From positions 113,749 to 137,748 of the forward strand of contig JAWBYA010000005.1 of the NCBI GenBank assembly GCA_038867615.1: a stretch of DNA of 24,000 nt, given 5' to 3'. A model generated the notes under the pieces. The model saw nothing but the letters and a program-made list of their open reading frames with translations, searched no databases and was not told the origin of the DNA. Below are positions 23,891 through 24,000 of the stretch, piece by piece; the stretch's first letter is position 1, and the number at the start of each line of letters is the position of its first letter. The stretch is from Sulfolobales archaeon. GTDB lineage: Archaea > Thermoproteota > Thermoprotei_A > Sulfolobales > AG1. A program made the translations under genes and the position numbers.

Positions 23891-24000
23891 TGAGAAATGT
23901 TTTTTCCGCACACCTCCTAATTATAATTATATCAATACTATCACTCCTCCCCATACCCAGCATCTCTGCATCCATACACACATACCCACCAACCCAGATC
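23890..24000 (+). CDS. Hypothetical secreted protein, N-terminal fragment that runs off the right edge
   Basis: The ATG overlaps the upstream TGA (TGATG). It translates to MRNVFSAHLLIIIISILSLLPIPSISASIHTYPPTQI, a signal-peptide-like sequence. It is absent from the ORF track because only 37 codons are visible. Confidence 0.4.
   Translation, partial: MRNVFSAHLLIIIISILSLLPIPSISASIHTYPPTQI

Overview
The window looks like a housekeeping stretch of chromosome from a hyperthermophilic crenarchaeon, possibly Desulfurococcales-like. That taxon guess rests only on gene content: reverse gyrase, eS1/S3Ae, PCNA, CDP-archaeol synthase, LysW/LysX, RtcB and near-leaderless TATA promoters. I support 24 protein genes, two of them cut by the window edges. 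They are hisG, PCNA, a DUF431 SPOUT methyltransferase, a DUF47 protein, RtcB, an M24B Xaa-Pro peptidase, a Trm112-like Zn-ribbon protein, a phosphohexomutase, DUF354, an Rnl3-like ligase-fold protein and a HEPN protein. The rest are a polyprenol-kinase-like membrane protein, CarS, S3Ae, a Nip7-like PUA protein, a Nop2/NSUN m5C methyltransferase, an Lrp/AsnC regulator, LysW, LysX, an atypical SDR, a membrane-anchored thermonuclease, reverse gyrase and two secreted orphans. I found no rRNA, tRNA, CRISPR array, transposase or integrase. The best candidate for an undescribed system is the gene string at 8001-11370. It holds an archaeal RNA-ligase (Rnl3)-like protein whose motif I reads RIDG instead of KxDG. 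Three nucleotides downstream sits a low-GC HEPN gene with an RX5H motif, split by a ~130-aa coiled-coil insert. Secondary leads are a promoter-preceded GC-rich hairpin island and a TAGATATC iteron cluster downstream of reverse gyrase, a hisG start that is 1 nt out of frame, an SDR lacking YxxxK, a stand-alone lysW-lysX pair, and a roughly 4-fold excess of GATC. All functional calls come from motif recognition by eye, with no database search.
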